Assembly (NCBI RefSeq): GCF_963676685.1
Contig: NC_092353.1
Location: 22,072,001 to 22,136,000, forward strand
Length of the DNA stretch: 64,000 nucleotides
Direction: 5' to 3'
From: Mytilus edulis
Lineage: Eukaryota
Program-made: the position numbers and the translations under genes
Notes under the pieces: model-generated
The model's input: the letters and a program-made list of their open reading frames with translations, nothing else
The model's database searches: none
What the model was told of the DNA's origin: nothing
Shown here: in pieces, positions 51,530-62,460 of the stretch
How the letters are laid out: each line of letters starts with the position of its first letter
Position numbering within the stretch: the stretch's first letter is position 1

Positions 51530-53570
51530 CTCAAGGACATTCTGAAATATAGAATACAGTGTTAATTACCTTATACTCCAGGACACTCTGAAATAAAGGA
51601 CGCGTCATTAATTACCTAATTATCAAGAACAAACTGAAATACAGGAAGCAGTTTTGATAACCAAATCATGGGCAACCTTAGAATATAAAAAGGACACTCT
51701 GAATTATAGGAAGCAGTGCTAATTACAAAATATTACTGGAAACTCTGAATATAGGAAGCAGTGTTAATTACCTTATCCTCCTGGAGACTCTGAAATATAG
51801 GAAGCAGTGTTAATAACCTTATTCTTCTGGAGACTCTGAAATATAGGAAGCAGTGTTAATTACCTTATCCTACTGGAGACTCTGAAATATAGGAAGCAGT
51901 GTTAATTACCTTATGCTACTGGAGACTCTGAAATATAGGAAGCAGCGTTAATTACCTTATCCTCCTGTAGACTCTGAAATATAGTAAGCAGTGTTAATTA
52001 CATATTCTTACTGGAGACTCTGAAATATAGGAAGCAGTGGTAATTATCTTATCCTACTAAAGACTCTGAAATATAGGAAGCAGTGTTAATTACCTTATCC
52101 TCCTGGAGACTCTGAAATATAGGAAGCAGTGTTAATTACCTTATCCTACTGGAGACTCTGAAATATAGGCTGCAGTGTTAATAACCTTATCCTACTGGAG
52201 ACTCTTATATATAGGAAGCAGTGTTAATTACCTTATCCTACTGGAGACTCTGAAATATAGGAAGCAGTGCTAGTTACCTTATCCTACTGGAGACTCTGAA
52301 ATATAGGAAGCAGTGTTAATTACATAGTCTTACTGGAGACTCTGAAATATGGGAAGCAGTGTTAATTACCTTATCTCACTGGAGACTCTGAAATATAGGA
52401 AGCAGCGTTAATTACCTTATCCTCCTGGAGACTCTATAATATAGGAAGCAGTGTTAATTACCTTATCCTACTGGAGACTCTGAAATATAGGAAGCAGTGT
52501 TAATAACTTATCCTCCTGGAGACTCTGAAATATAGGAAGCAGTGTTAATTACCTTATCCTACTGAAGACTCAAGACTCTGAAATATAGTAAGCAGTGTTA
52601 ATTACATAATCTTACTGGAGACTCTGAAATATAGGAAGCAGTGTTTATTACCTCATCCTACTGGAGACTCTGAAATATAGGAAGCAGTGTTAATTACATT
52701 ATCCTACTGGAGACTCTGAAATATAGGAAGCAGTGTTAATTACCTTATCCTACTGGAGACTCTGAAATATAGGAAGCAGTGTTAATTACATAGTCTTACT
52801 GGAGACTCTGAAATATGGGAAGCAGTGTTAATTACCTTATCCTACTGGAGACTCTGAAATATAGGAAGCAGCGTTAATTACCTTATCCTCCTGGAGACTC
52901 TATAATATAGGAAGCAGTGTTAATTACCTTATCCTACTGGAGACTCTGAAATATAGGAAGCAGTGTTAATAACTTATCCTCCTGGAGACTCTGAAATATA
53001 GGAAGCAGTGTTAATTACCTTATCCTACTGAAGACTCAAGACTCTGAAATATAGTAAGCAGTGTTAATTACATAATCTTACTGGAGACTCTGAAATATAG
53101 GAAGCAGTGTTTATTACCTCATCCTACTGGAGACTCTGAAATATAGGAAGCAGTGTTAATTACCTTATCCTACTGGAGACTCTGAAATATAGGAAGCAGT
53201 GTTAATTACCTTATCCTACTGGAGACTCTGAAATATAGGAAGCAGTGTTAATTACATAATTTTATTGGAGACTCTGAAATATAGGAAGCAGTGTTAATTA
53301 CATAATTTAACTGGAGACTCTGAAATATAGGAAGCAGTGCTAGTTACCTTATCCTACTGGAGACTCTGAAACATAGGAAGCAGTGTTAATTACATAATCT
53401 TACTGGAGACTCTGAAATATAGGAAGCAGTGTTAATTACCTTATCCTACTGGAGACTCTGAAATATAGGAAGCAGTGTTAATTACATAATCTTACTGGAG
53501 ACTCTGAAATATAGGAAGCAGTGTTAATTACCTTATCCTACTGGAGACTCTGAAATATAGGAAGCAGAAG
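51530..53570. repeat. 46-bp tandem satellite, about 44 units
   Basis: Unit CTGGAGACTCTGAAATATAGGAAGCAGTGTTAATTACCTTATCCTA. Register confirmed at 51781, 52011, 52241 and 52471 (5 x 46). Units on the left edge are more diverged. Confidence 0.97.
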
Positions 53571-56419
53571 CAGTACTAAAACGTATGTCCGTTCTTCCAT
53601 AATGTGTACATATGCTTTCCAACTCACATATTGTTTTAAACTTATTTATTTATAGTGGATTGGGAAACAAGTTATTGCAACTTATCGTAATCCCTTTCCA
53701 CTTTGCGGGTGCGAGTGCTGCTTATTAAACTCAATTATTTCCATGCACAAGTGAGATGTTAATATTTAGTTGACTCCTGTTTCAATGTAGTATTGTTGTC
53801 ATTATTTGAAAGTTATCGTGAACTATTAGTATGACAAGAAGGACAACTCTAGTATTTCAAGTGTATTTTCTCTTATTTATAAAAAAAACCAGATTTAAGA
53901 TCACGAGGTATTTCTAAAATAGGTTTTAAACTGACGTCAAACAACAGTATGTGAATTTGGCATACGATACAGCCACAGGGGAGCTAATTACGTGGCCAAT
54001 ATAAATTGTTATTTTTCGGGACGTCAAACTATGACATAAATAAAGGCAACAGTAGTATACATCAAATTTAAGAAAACTACACACTACATACCAGGAAAAG
54101 ATGGATTTTTTCAATTGATTTTTATCAGTCGGACTGATTTGCCTTGAAAACGATTTAATGAACCCCTCTTTTTACAAATAACATTAGGTTTAATTACATA
54201 TGGAGATAGTATTTGTACAAATGTTGATGAAAAAGTCAACGTCGAAATTTTTTGAAATAAGAAAAAAACACAATAAAAAAAAACTGTTTTTATAATATTC
54301 CAAATGTTTAAAAAAAAATGGCTTGTGTTTATCTTTTGAAAAAAAGTTTTATTCAAAGGATAGAAATGTAAAAAAAAATTGATTAGAAACCTTCAATTTT
54401 TATCCAATTTATCTTTAAACGTAGCACATGAAGTCATAATTTTAACCGGATTATCGAAGTAAAAAATAATCGGTTATTAATTTGGGGATGCAAGGCTGGT
54501 GGGCGGGCGATCGGGCAGGCGAGCTTTTTGTCAAACATTGTCCTTTCATGGACATGAAAACGCTTTGAAGATTTTTTATTAGTTTAGATATTTTGTTTCC
54601 TGTGACTAAATGAAGATCAAATTCAATTTTCACGATTTACGCTTTTGTCGCTGTTGAGTTATAGCCCTTTCCAAGCAATTCATCCATTTCTGTTCAAGGG
54701 TGTATAATTCATTTTTAAAAGATTTTTAAAAGACATCGTATTAATGATAAATGACATTTATGATGTTTTTCCCTTCACTTTGGTAAATTGTTTGAAGAAT
54801 TTTGGTCAGATTGTTTGATATTCTGTATACACAAATTTTCAGAATGCTATACATATATGAATATAAAATTATGAAGCAGAGCTCTGATTATGAAGTGTAT
54901 TCTTTTAATTATTTAGATAATAATATATTTTATTAAAGAATATATTTCATTACATTACATTGTGTAGATTAAGTCGGTGACATCTATATTAGTGTGCGAT
55001 AAAAGAAAGAAAAAATATTTGGAACTTTTATATTTGATTATAATTCGAAAATAGATATACATTGTATTACATCATATCTAATTTTAGACTATTTTTATTG
55101 ATTTTATCATATCTCATGTAAGTGTACTATGTAAAACCATATTTATGTTGAAAGGAAAAAAACTCAAACTTATCCCATGAACCAGTAATAATAACATCAA
55201 AATGTCTTAATAACCATTTTTTAAGTCATGTGTGTTAAATTGATGTAGATGTCATAGTTGCTATGTGGTATCATATTTTTGTTGCGTTTGTTAATGTTTA
55301 TTTTTTACATAATCATGTTTGTGGTTCAGATTTGCTAATATAATTTTCTTTGTTAATTAGATAATAATCTGTTTTGAATATTCATTCACAATCCAAATGC
55401 AGGGCTGTCTTAATCTTAAATGTAGTGTTCATACTTGCGCAACTGCTCGGGTTTCGACCTCTGCAGGAATACAAACCAGTTTGCTGTTACTCGACAGCCT
55501 CGTGTTTATCACATTCTTAAATTAATTAGGTGAAAAAGAGCTTGTATGCACATGTTTGTAAAATAAAATCAACGTGGGATCAAAACTGTATCGTGTGGCC
55601 TTAAGCTGTGTTTGTAATGCACTTTTCGAGATAGTCGTACTGGACCATAGGCTATTTCTTATAACATAGCAATCCACAGATGGTCTTGAGAAATTTCTTA
55701 GTATTGAAACTGTTTTGTTAGAATGGCCACATATTACCAACCAGGTTTAATCAGTGCAATTTGAAAGGATACACCAAGAGGAACTTGCACTTAAATATAA
55801 ACAAAGGCAACAGTAGTATACCGGTGTTCAGGAGTCATTTTTCGATTGAGAGAAAAACAAATCCCGGTTACAAACCAAAACCGAGGAAAACAATTCAACT
55901 TTAAGAGGAACAATGTAATAAAGCATACATGGTAAAAACAAACCTACAATTTTATAAGCAAAAGAAAAATGTACATGCAATATTGAAAACTTAACCCAAT
56001 AATTTGAAATGTATAGCGATTCTGATTTTTTTTCTCATAAAAAACGACGTAAAAGGTCAGTTGTGAGTAAAATAACTTCAGACAAACGCTGTAGCTTATG
56101 ACACAACTTCCTTGTACTGAATTTGATAAAAAAAAAATAGTACCAAATCAAGAAGGAAAACGTGAGTATTTATCTCAAATAATGGATTCATATTTCCGTT
56201 TCCATACATAAAATATAAGAGACTAAAAACCAATTTCCGTTTTTTTTTATTAAAGGTATCATTTGTTAATCTGATATTATGTACATTTACTAAAATATTT
56301 TCATTTAATGCGGAAAATTGATCTGATTGGCTAATCGAAAGTTCTTTAATAGTCTGTAACACAGTGACAATTATTCACTGTTATAGAAAATATAATAGTA
56401 TTTTATGGGTGTAAAAAAA

Positions 56420-56708
56420 ATGAAGTATCTTGAAAGTATTCATCTATTTGTTCTCAACATGTATATGTCGGAGAGTTTATTGCACTTCGCAAACTTTGAA
56501 ACTGTTGGCGACTGTGCATTGACGTCAATAAATTTGCTATCTATAAAGGAGATATCTTTGATACAGTGTCTCGACGAATGCCTTAAGAAAGATTTTTGTA
56601 GAGTTGTCGCATATAACAAAAATACTACCGAATGTATTATGGATAGTTCAGGATTGAACAGTTATACAGTTACAGCAACTAAAAGCTCTGCTACATGTTA
56701 TACAATTG
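56420..56708 (+). CDS. First coding exon of a secreted/surface PAN/Apple-domain protein (downstream exons not identified)
   Basis: Hydrophobic N-terminus, then C...SLIQCLDECLKKDFCRVVAYNKNTTEC...C (PAN-type Cx3C..C..C). Phase-1 donor G|GTAAGT at 56709. Paralog at 62172. Confidence 0.7.
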
Positions 56709-56794
56709 GTAAGTATACATAAATAATAATAATTGCGAGTGCAATATATGTTCTACGAGGGACAATATTCCCCAATATTCATGCAATACCCCTT

Positions 56795-56964
56795 TTATTG
56801 TATAGCAATATAATATTTAAAAGTAAAAATTGGTTTAAACTAAGATTTTGTCGTTGATGACGTCATGAATTTTGAAGATTTATTGCACTAGTGCAATATT
56901 AGAATTTATTGCACGCTAATTTTTGGTTACTTTCTGTGGGAAATATTATATTGCTATACAATAA
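56795..56964. repeat. Segment bounded by a perfect 24-bp inverted repeat
   Basis: TTATTGTATAGCAATATAATATTT (56795) and AAATATTATATTGCTATACAATAA (56941), with internal palindromes ATGACGTCAT and TATTGCACTAGTGCAATA. Confidence 0.8.
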
Positions 56965-57033
56965 TAATAGTTATAATTATTAGTTACCGTAACAGAAGGC
57001 TCTGTTCCATGTAATAATAATAATAATAATATT

Positions 57034-57064
<31 letters not shown>

Positions 57065-57123
57065 ATAATGATAATAATAACAATAATAATATTGATAATA
57101 GTAATAATATAGTTACCGTAACA

Positions 57124-57209
<86 letters not shown>

Positions 57210-57239
57210 TAGTTACCGTAACAGAAGGCTCTGCTACAT

Positions 57240-57277
<38 letters not shown>

Positions 57278-57315
57278 TATTATTATTATTATTATTATAA
57301 TAATTATAATTATAA
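56960..57315. repeat. Interrupted (AAT)n microsatellite
   Basis: Long AAT runs punctuated by AGTTACCGTAACAGAAGGCTCTG.. motifs. Confidence 0.95.
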
Positions 57316-57366
57316 AGTTACCGTAACAGAAGGCTTTGCTACATGTTACATAATTGGTTAGTATAG

Positions 57367-57608
57367 TTTTTATGGCCTCGCAACAAAAGTTGTCGGGCCA
57401 TATATTTATACCCTTGTCCGCCATTCTGTCATTCCGTCATTCCGTTTTCCCGTAATTCCGCAACAAAGTATTTAAGACTTTTTTTCTGAACTCTACAGAT
57501 ATGGGGCTGATTTTTGGTATATGAGTTAACCATGATGAGTTACAGATCAAGGTTCAGTTTTGTTCCGCTCCACTATTTTTTGCCAAAATTACGGGCTTTG
57601 AACTTTGA
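57367..57608 (-). mobile_element. HINE-like element (ATTCCGTC microsatellite)
   Basis: T-run, palindrome ATGGCCTCGCAAC..GTTGTCGGGCCAT, then ATTCCGTC repeats. A second fragment lies at ~58050-58125. Confidence 0.5.
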
Positions 57609-57618
57609 TCACTTGTTT

Positions 57619-58035
57619 AAATAAAGACAAAAGTAGTATACCGCTGTTCGAAATTCATAAATCAAATGAGAAAAAAACAAATCCTGGTTACAAACTAAAA
57701 CTGAGGGAAACACATCGTATATAAGAGAACTACAAAACCCCAGAAATACAATATTAAAATGTAACACACACAGAAACGAACTATAATATAACATTTTTCT
57801 GACATGGTATAGGAAATTTTAAGAAAAAAAATGGTGGGTTGAACTAGTTTTGTGGCATGCCAAACCTCCCGCTTTTATTGCAATGTTAAATATAACATTA
57901 AAATGACATTACATGACAGGACTACAATACAAATAAATGGGAGAACATATAGGCCAGAGAAACACACGAATGATAGCTAACAAAAGGTACTAGGTTTAAA
58001 ATTTAATACGCCAGAAGCGCGTTTCGTCCACACAA
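57619..58035 (-). repeat. Family E interspersed repeat abutting a half hammerhead ribozyme; partial copies at ~50320-50540 and 55800-55910
   Basis: Recurrent AAAG(G)CAACAGTAGTATACCGCTGTTCG...ACAAACTAAAACTGAGGGAAAC. Minus strand 58028-58008 reads GACGAAACGCGCTTCTGGCGT. Confidence 0.65.
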
Positions 58036-58477
58036 AATCATAGTTATACGATTGTTTTTTCCTAAATGTCTTTAGATATTTTTGGTATGCAAGTTAAACA
58101 CGATGAGTTACAGATAAAGTTTCACTCTCCAATGTGAATTTGAAAAGTATAACTATTTTCTCCAAATGTCAAGCGCTAGACATAGTAAGTGGGGATAATT
58201 AATCAAAATAAAGCATACACAATATGATGTAACGAAAACCGAGCGGTCAGGTCTTAGTGTTAAACTATAAATGTTTATCCCTTAGTGAGTTGTTATGAGA
58301 ATGTGTTTTGTTAGAACGTACGAGTATATAAGAAATAAAAGTTAGAACTGGTGACCCTTCTTTGGTAGCGTGTGACTCTGATATCGTGGCATTCTGGTAA
58401 TCTGTATACACCCTGGAAAGGTTGGATAATCTGGTAAGGTAATGACTTTGATATAAAAGGATAGATTGGAGTACAGG

Positions 58478-58999
58478 TTATGTTCTACCTCGCTATGCTC
58501 GTCCGAACATAAATTATTTCTCATTCTATATAAAGAAACAACAAAGACTAATATGGCAGGAGGTACACACCAAACAGTTTTAATATAACAATTTTTTCAA
58601 AATATATACCGTGCAATCGAATATTAAAGTTCATACATCATACGTCATTATATTATCTATATAATCATCTCAACTGTGTTCATACTAATATCTACAAAAA
58701 TAAAATACAAAGAATTAGGATTTATACAAAGCATAATATTACAATCTAAATGTAGTAAAGGTGTCGAACAAGTTTGATGTGTGAAATCTCGATGAAATGA
58801 AAAGGGCGCGTAAAACATTATATAAAGTCCGAAAACCGAATTACTCAGTATTCCGCGACAGAAATAGGAAGAAATCTCAAAACGAAAAGAAATATAATTA
58901 TGTTCTACCTCGCTATGCTCGTCCGAACATAAATTATTTCTCATTTTATATAAAGAAACAACAAAGACTAATATGGCAGAAGGTACACACCAAACAGTT
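58478..58999. repeat. 102-bp direct repeat pair (58478-58579 and 58898-58999) at the 3' end of the DIRS element
   Basis: TTATGTTCTACCTCGCTATGCTCGTCCGAAC...GGTACACACCAAACAGTT occurs twice, 420 bp apart, with two substitutions visible. Confidence 0.95.
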
Positions 59000-59047
59000 C
59001 GACAAAACAAAGGAAATATGTGTAGATTAGTATAAATAAAATACACT

Positions 59048-60059
59048 TTACAAATTCAAATTATTGGTAACAGATAACCTGTTATATAAATTTTCTTTTA
59101 TGTAACCGTCTTTTGAAAGATCTGACTTCCATCGACCGTGTGCTTTTAATAATCTTTCTGTTATTCTATTATGAGCTGCCTGAGTCACGCCTCCACTTCT
59201 CAAACTATGAAGGCCAAAATTACTTTTATCAAAACCTGCTTGACACAAAGCATCTAAAAGTAGCTCTCTTGCTCTAGTGTATGATATAGGTTTGTTAATT
59301 TTGCATAACGCATAACTGTTTTTACTTTTTAAGAATGTAATTGCTCTAAATACATATTCGCTGGAAATCACAGAAATATTTGTTAATTTTAAATATCTCT
59401 CTAACGTTGTCACTGGACACAAGTCCGTGTTGGTTTTAGCAATACAAATAGTGTTACCATGTCTATACACATCAGTTTTACTATTTTCTATCATAATTTG
59501 GAGATGAGATTTCTGAAAAGTTAAATTTGATGCTTTAATATTTGCAAGCTCGCTGAAACGCATTAAACCGGCGTATCCCAACAGCATCAAACAACATATT
59601 CTTAAATTCTTAATGTTATTCAAATCTTCATAATTATCGAAAACTTTTTGTAAAATTTCAGCTGTAATTGGTTCTTTTATATTAACGGGCTTTGATAAAA
59701 TTCTGGTTCCTCCTTCTAAAATCAACTGCAAAAATGTTTCAGAAAACACTGAATTGTACAAGTTAAGCTCATGCTCCCATTTAATTGCGTAATAAGCATT
59801 TTGTAAAACTGAAGAAGATACTTCCAGCTGAATTAAATATGATAAATAAAGTGCAATGTTAGCAACTGACGATGATAACGCACATAAGTCATTATTTGTA
59901 CACCAAATGTTATTTTTTTTAAAAGCGTAATCATAAACTTTTATAAGTGTTTTTACTTTTGCTGGACATAACAATACGGGGTAGTTTATCAGCGAGGTTG
60001 CGTAAACAGGGATTTTCAAAAGAATTCAGATCCTTCCAGTGAGAAAAATTAAACCGAAC
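59048..60059 (-). CDS. Tyrosine recombinase of the DIRS/PAT element (catalytic domain open; frameshift near 59940 separates the N-terminus)
   Basis: LMRFSEL, SKTD, HSLRSGG and HGRWKS...GY catalytic motifs. The N-terminal ...LPRIVMSSKSKNTYKS lies in the overlapping frame. Confidence 0.85.
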
Positions 60060-60490
60060 CTGAAAGGAAAAGAAAGCAATTAAAAAAAAATGACTTATAT
60101 TGCGCCAATTATCGTATCTTGTAAGGGTATCCGTCACGGAGTTGACAAATCTCATCACAGTAGATATAGTCCCATCACGGGAAAATAAACGAAAAGGAAT
60201 AATATATTCAATTATAAACACCCATAACAGGTTAAGAATATCAATACCCATCACGGGTTTTTACAATGACTGAAATAAACTCCCATTACGGGAAAATTAA
60301 TACTAGTATATAATTGCCGTCAGCATCTGAAATCTAATCTCAAGACGAGAATGTTAAATGATAATTTCTCAGCGACGAAAATATTGTTAATGTCAGAACC
60401 TTTTTGAAAAAACTTCTTGGGTTTTGCGTACTCGATTACATCTTTCACGAAGTATTTAAATCTTTGATCATTAAATGACCACAATAAAGG

Positions 60491-61207
60491 TCAAAAAGGT
60501 GACGATGTCCATTTCGGTATGACTAAAGTGCCTTGACCTTTACAGGTAAACAGGTGTGAAATTGATCTACTAATTAATTTTACAGGTGGTACAACCCAAC
60601 AGTTAAATTCTGACCAATTTTGTGCGAAAGCGTCTACTCCACTGGTCCCGGGGCACCAATAAGGAGAATAGAAATTTGCCAACTTTCGGTTATTTCTGTC
60701 TGAAAATAGGTCGCACGTGTATGGGCCCCACGCTTTATTAAAATAATTAAAATATAAATCGGATACAAACCAATCATCAAAGTCAAAAATTTTACTGTAA
60801 ATATCAGCAATTTGATTTTGATTTCTAGGTATCCATTCTACTTCTAGAGAAATGCTGAATTTTAAACAAAAATTAAAAATGTCAATTGCAATATCTTGTA
60901 ATTCAGAGTTCATGCTGCCTGCCTTTATAATTCTTACCACGTTCTGATTATCAGTGTAAACTTTAACTAAACGATTGCTGAAACATTGAACCAAAGAAGA
61001 TAAAGTAATAAAGACGACCTTTTATTCTCTATAAGTCGAACTTTTAGATACTTCTATATTAGACCACATCTTGTGGACTACTTGATGAACTGTCTCTACT
61101 ATAAAACGAGCACATGCATAACTTCTAGCGTCTGTATACACTATTCTGTCGGGTAGATAGGTTTGTTGGAATAGATTTTTTCTAGGTAAAGTATGACAAT
61201 TATCCAA
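60491..61207 (-). pseudogene. RNase H and DNA-adenine-methyltransferase-like region of the DIRS element
   Basis: Interrupted by stops. YTDNQN, WIPRNQNQIAD, WGPYTCDLFS, PGTSGVDAF, VVPP and LVIPKW motifs. Confidence 0.8.
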
Positions 61208-62171
61208 CCAAAAATTAATTTCCTGCTGTGCTTTTAATGTTAAAATTATTCTTTCCTCCCAAAAACGAGTAGCAACCTACATCATCATATTTCTACTCAT
61301 TAACTACTTAAACGCTTTTTTCTTGGTTAACGAAAAAACCTGCGGATTTAAGATCTAAGTGCAAGGTATTAGATAAAACTTTACAATATTGTGCATTAGA
61401 CATTACTCCCCAAACATCATCAAGGTATATAATATAACTCTAAGACACTGCGAACGCCAATGCTTGACGACAGGACGTAAAACTTTTGAAAACACATGTG
61501 CTGCTGTAGATAACCCAAATTGGAGAGCTGAAAATTTAAAAGGTATTTAGTTGTGTTCTGAAATTTCCAGGAAATCCTAAATATGTCTGATGGTCTTTAT
61601 GAATGCTCACGTGATGATACCCGCTAGTTAAATCGAATTTTATCATGTATCCGTCTTTAATTGTGTATTGTAAAGCCTCCGCTACACCCTCAAACTTAAA
61701 TTTCCTTTTTTTCCTATAAATTGATTGACGTGCCTTAAATCTAAGATCAACCTTTCTATACCTGAGGCGTTAACTGATACGGTAAGTGGATTGATAACAA
61801 AAGGAATGTGATCTTTGCATTCGATAGCTGCCCCGTTTCTAAAATTTCTTTGACTATAAGCTATAAACCGAATAATACTGTGCTTCTAGAACACATAGAT
61901 TCCTATTCGAATGTTGATTATCAATAATAGCAAAACCAGAAAAAAGAGTGTATTATCTCAAATATTGGACACTACCTCCGTTTTCCTATTAGCAACGCAA
62001 GTCATGATTAGAAAGAAAGTATACTAAAATAATGTAAATATTGTATACTTACAGCACAATAAATAAATATAAACAAATTATTTTATTGGCAATAGCGTTT
62101 GCTTTGAAGCTTTACGACAGCTATTGGTTATGATAAAAAAAAAGTTAAGAGTATCCATTAACTGATACAAA

Positions 62172-62460
62172 ATGAAGTATCTTGACATTATTTATCTATT
62201 TTTCCTTTATTTGTATATTTTGGAATGTGTATTAAAAGTCAATACATTCAAAAGTGCTGTAAATTGTACAATGTTTTCCTTATCATTGTCTTCTGAAAAG
62301 AAGAAATCTTTGATTCAGTGTCTCGAAGAGTGCTTAAAGAACGATTTTTGCAGAGTTGTCGCATACAACAAAAACACAACAGAATGTATAATGGATACTT
62401 CCAGATTTAACAGTTAACTAATAACAGCTACTAAAAGCTCTACTTCATGTTATATAACTG
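62172..62460 (+). pseudogene. Paralogous PAN/Apple exon with premature stop
   Basis: Same length as 56420-56708 with donor G|GTTAGT at 62461. TAA at 62415 replaces the paralog's TAT, and homology continues after it (LITATKSSTSCYIT). Confidence 0.7.

Larger units (their letters stand above)
58478..61870 (-). mobile_element. DIRS-order (PAT-like) tyrosine-recombinase retrotransposon, decayed and lacking its 5' end/gag
   Basis: Minus strand: RT (RLILDLRHVN, KFDLTSGYHH, FGLSTA, YLDD at 61416-61427, with frameshifts), RNase H (TDARS, SSTYRE, YTDNQN, ADIYSK), methyltransferase-like region (DLFS...VVPP), then YR. A 102-bp direct repeat lies downstream. Confidence 0.9.

Noticed and set aside
51530-53570. 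CRISPR-like array or repetitive coding sequence
   Set aside because: The units are contiguous with no unique spacers, there are no cas genes, and the context is eukaryotic. The 46-bp period with stop codons excludes a long ORF.
57113-57424. Poly-Ile ORF (103 aa)
   Set aside because: Translation artefact of the (AAT)n microsatellite.
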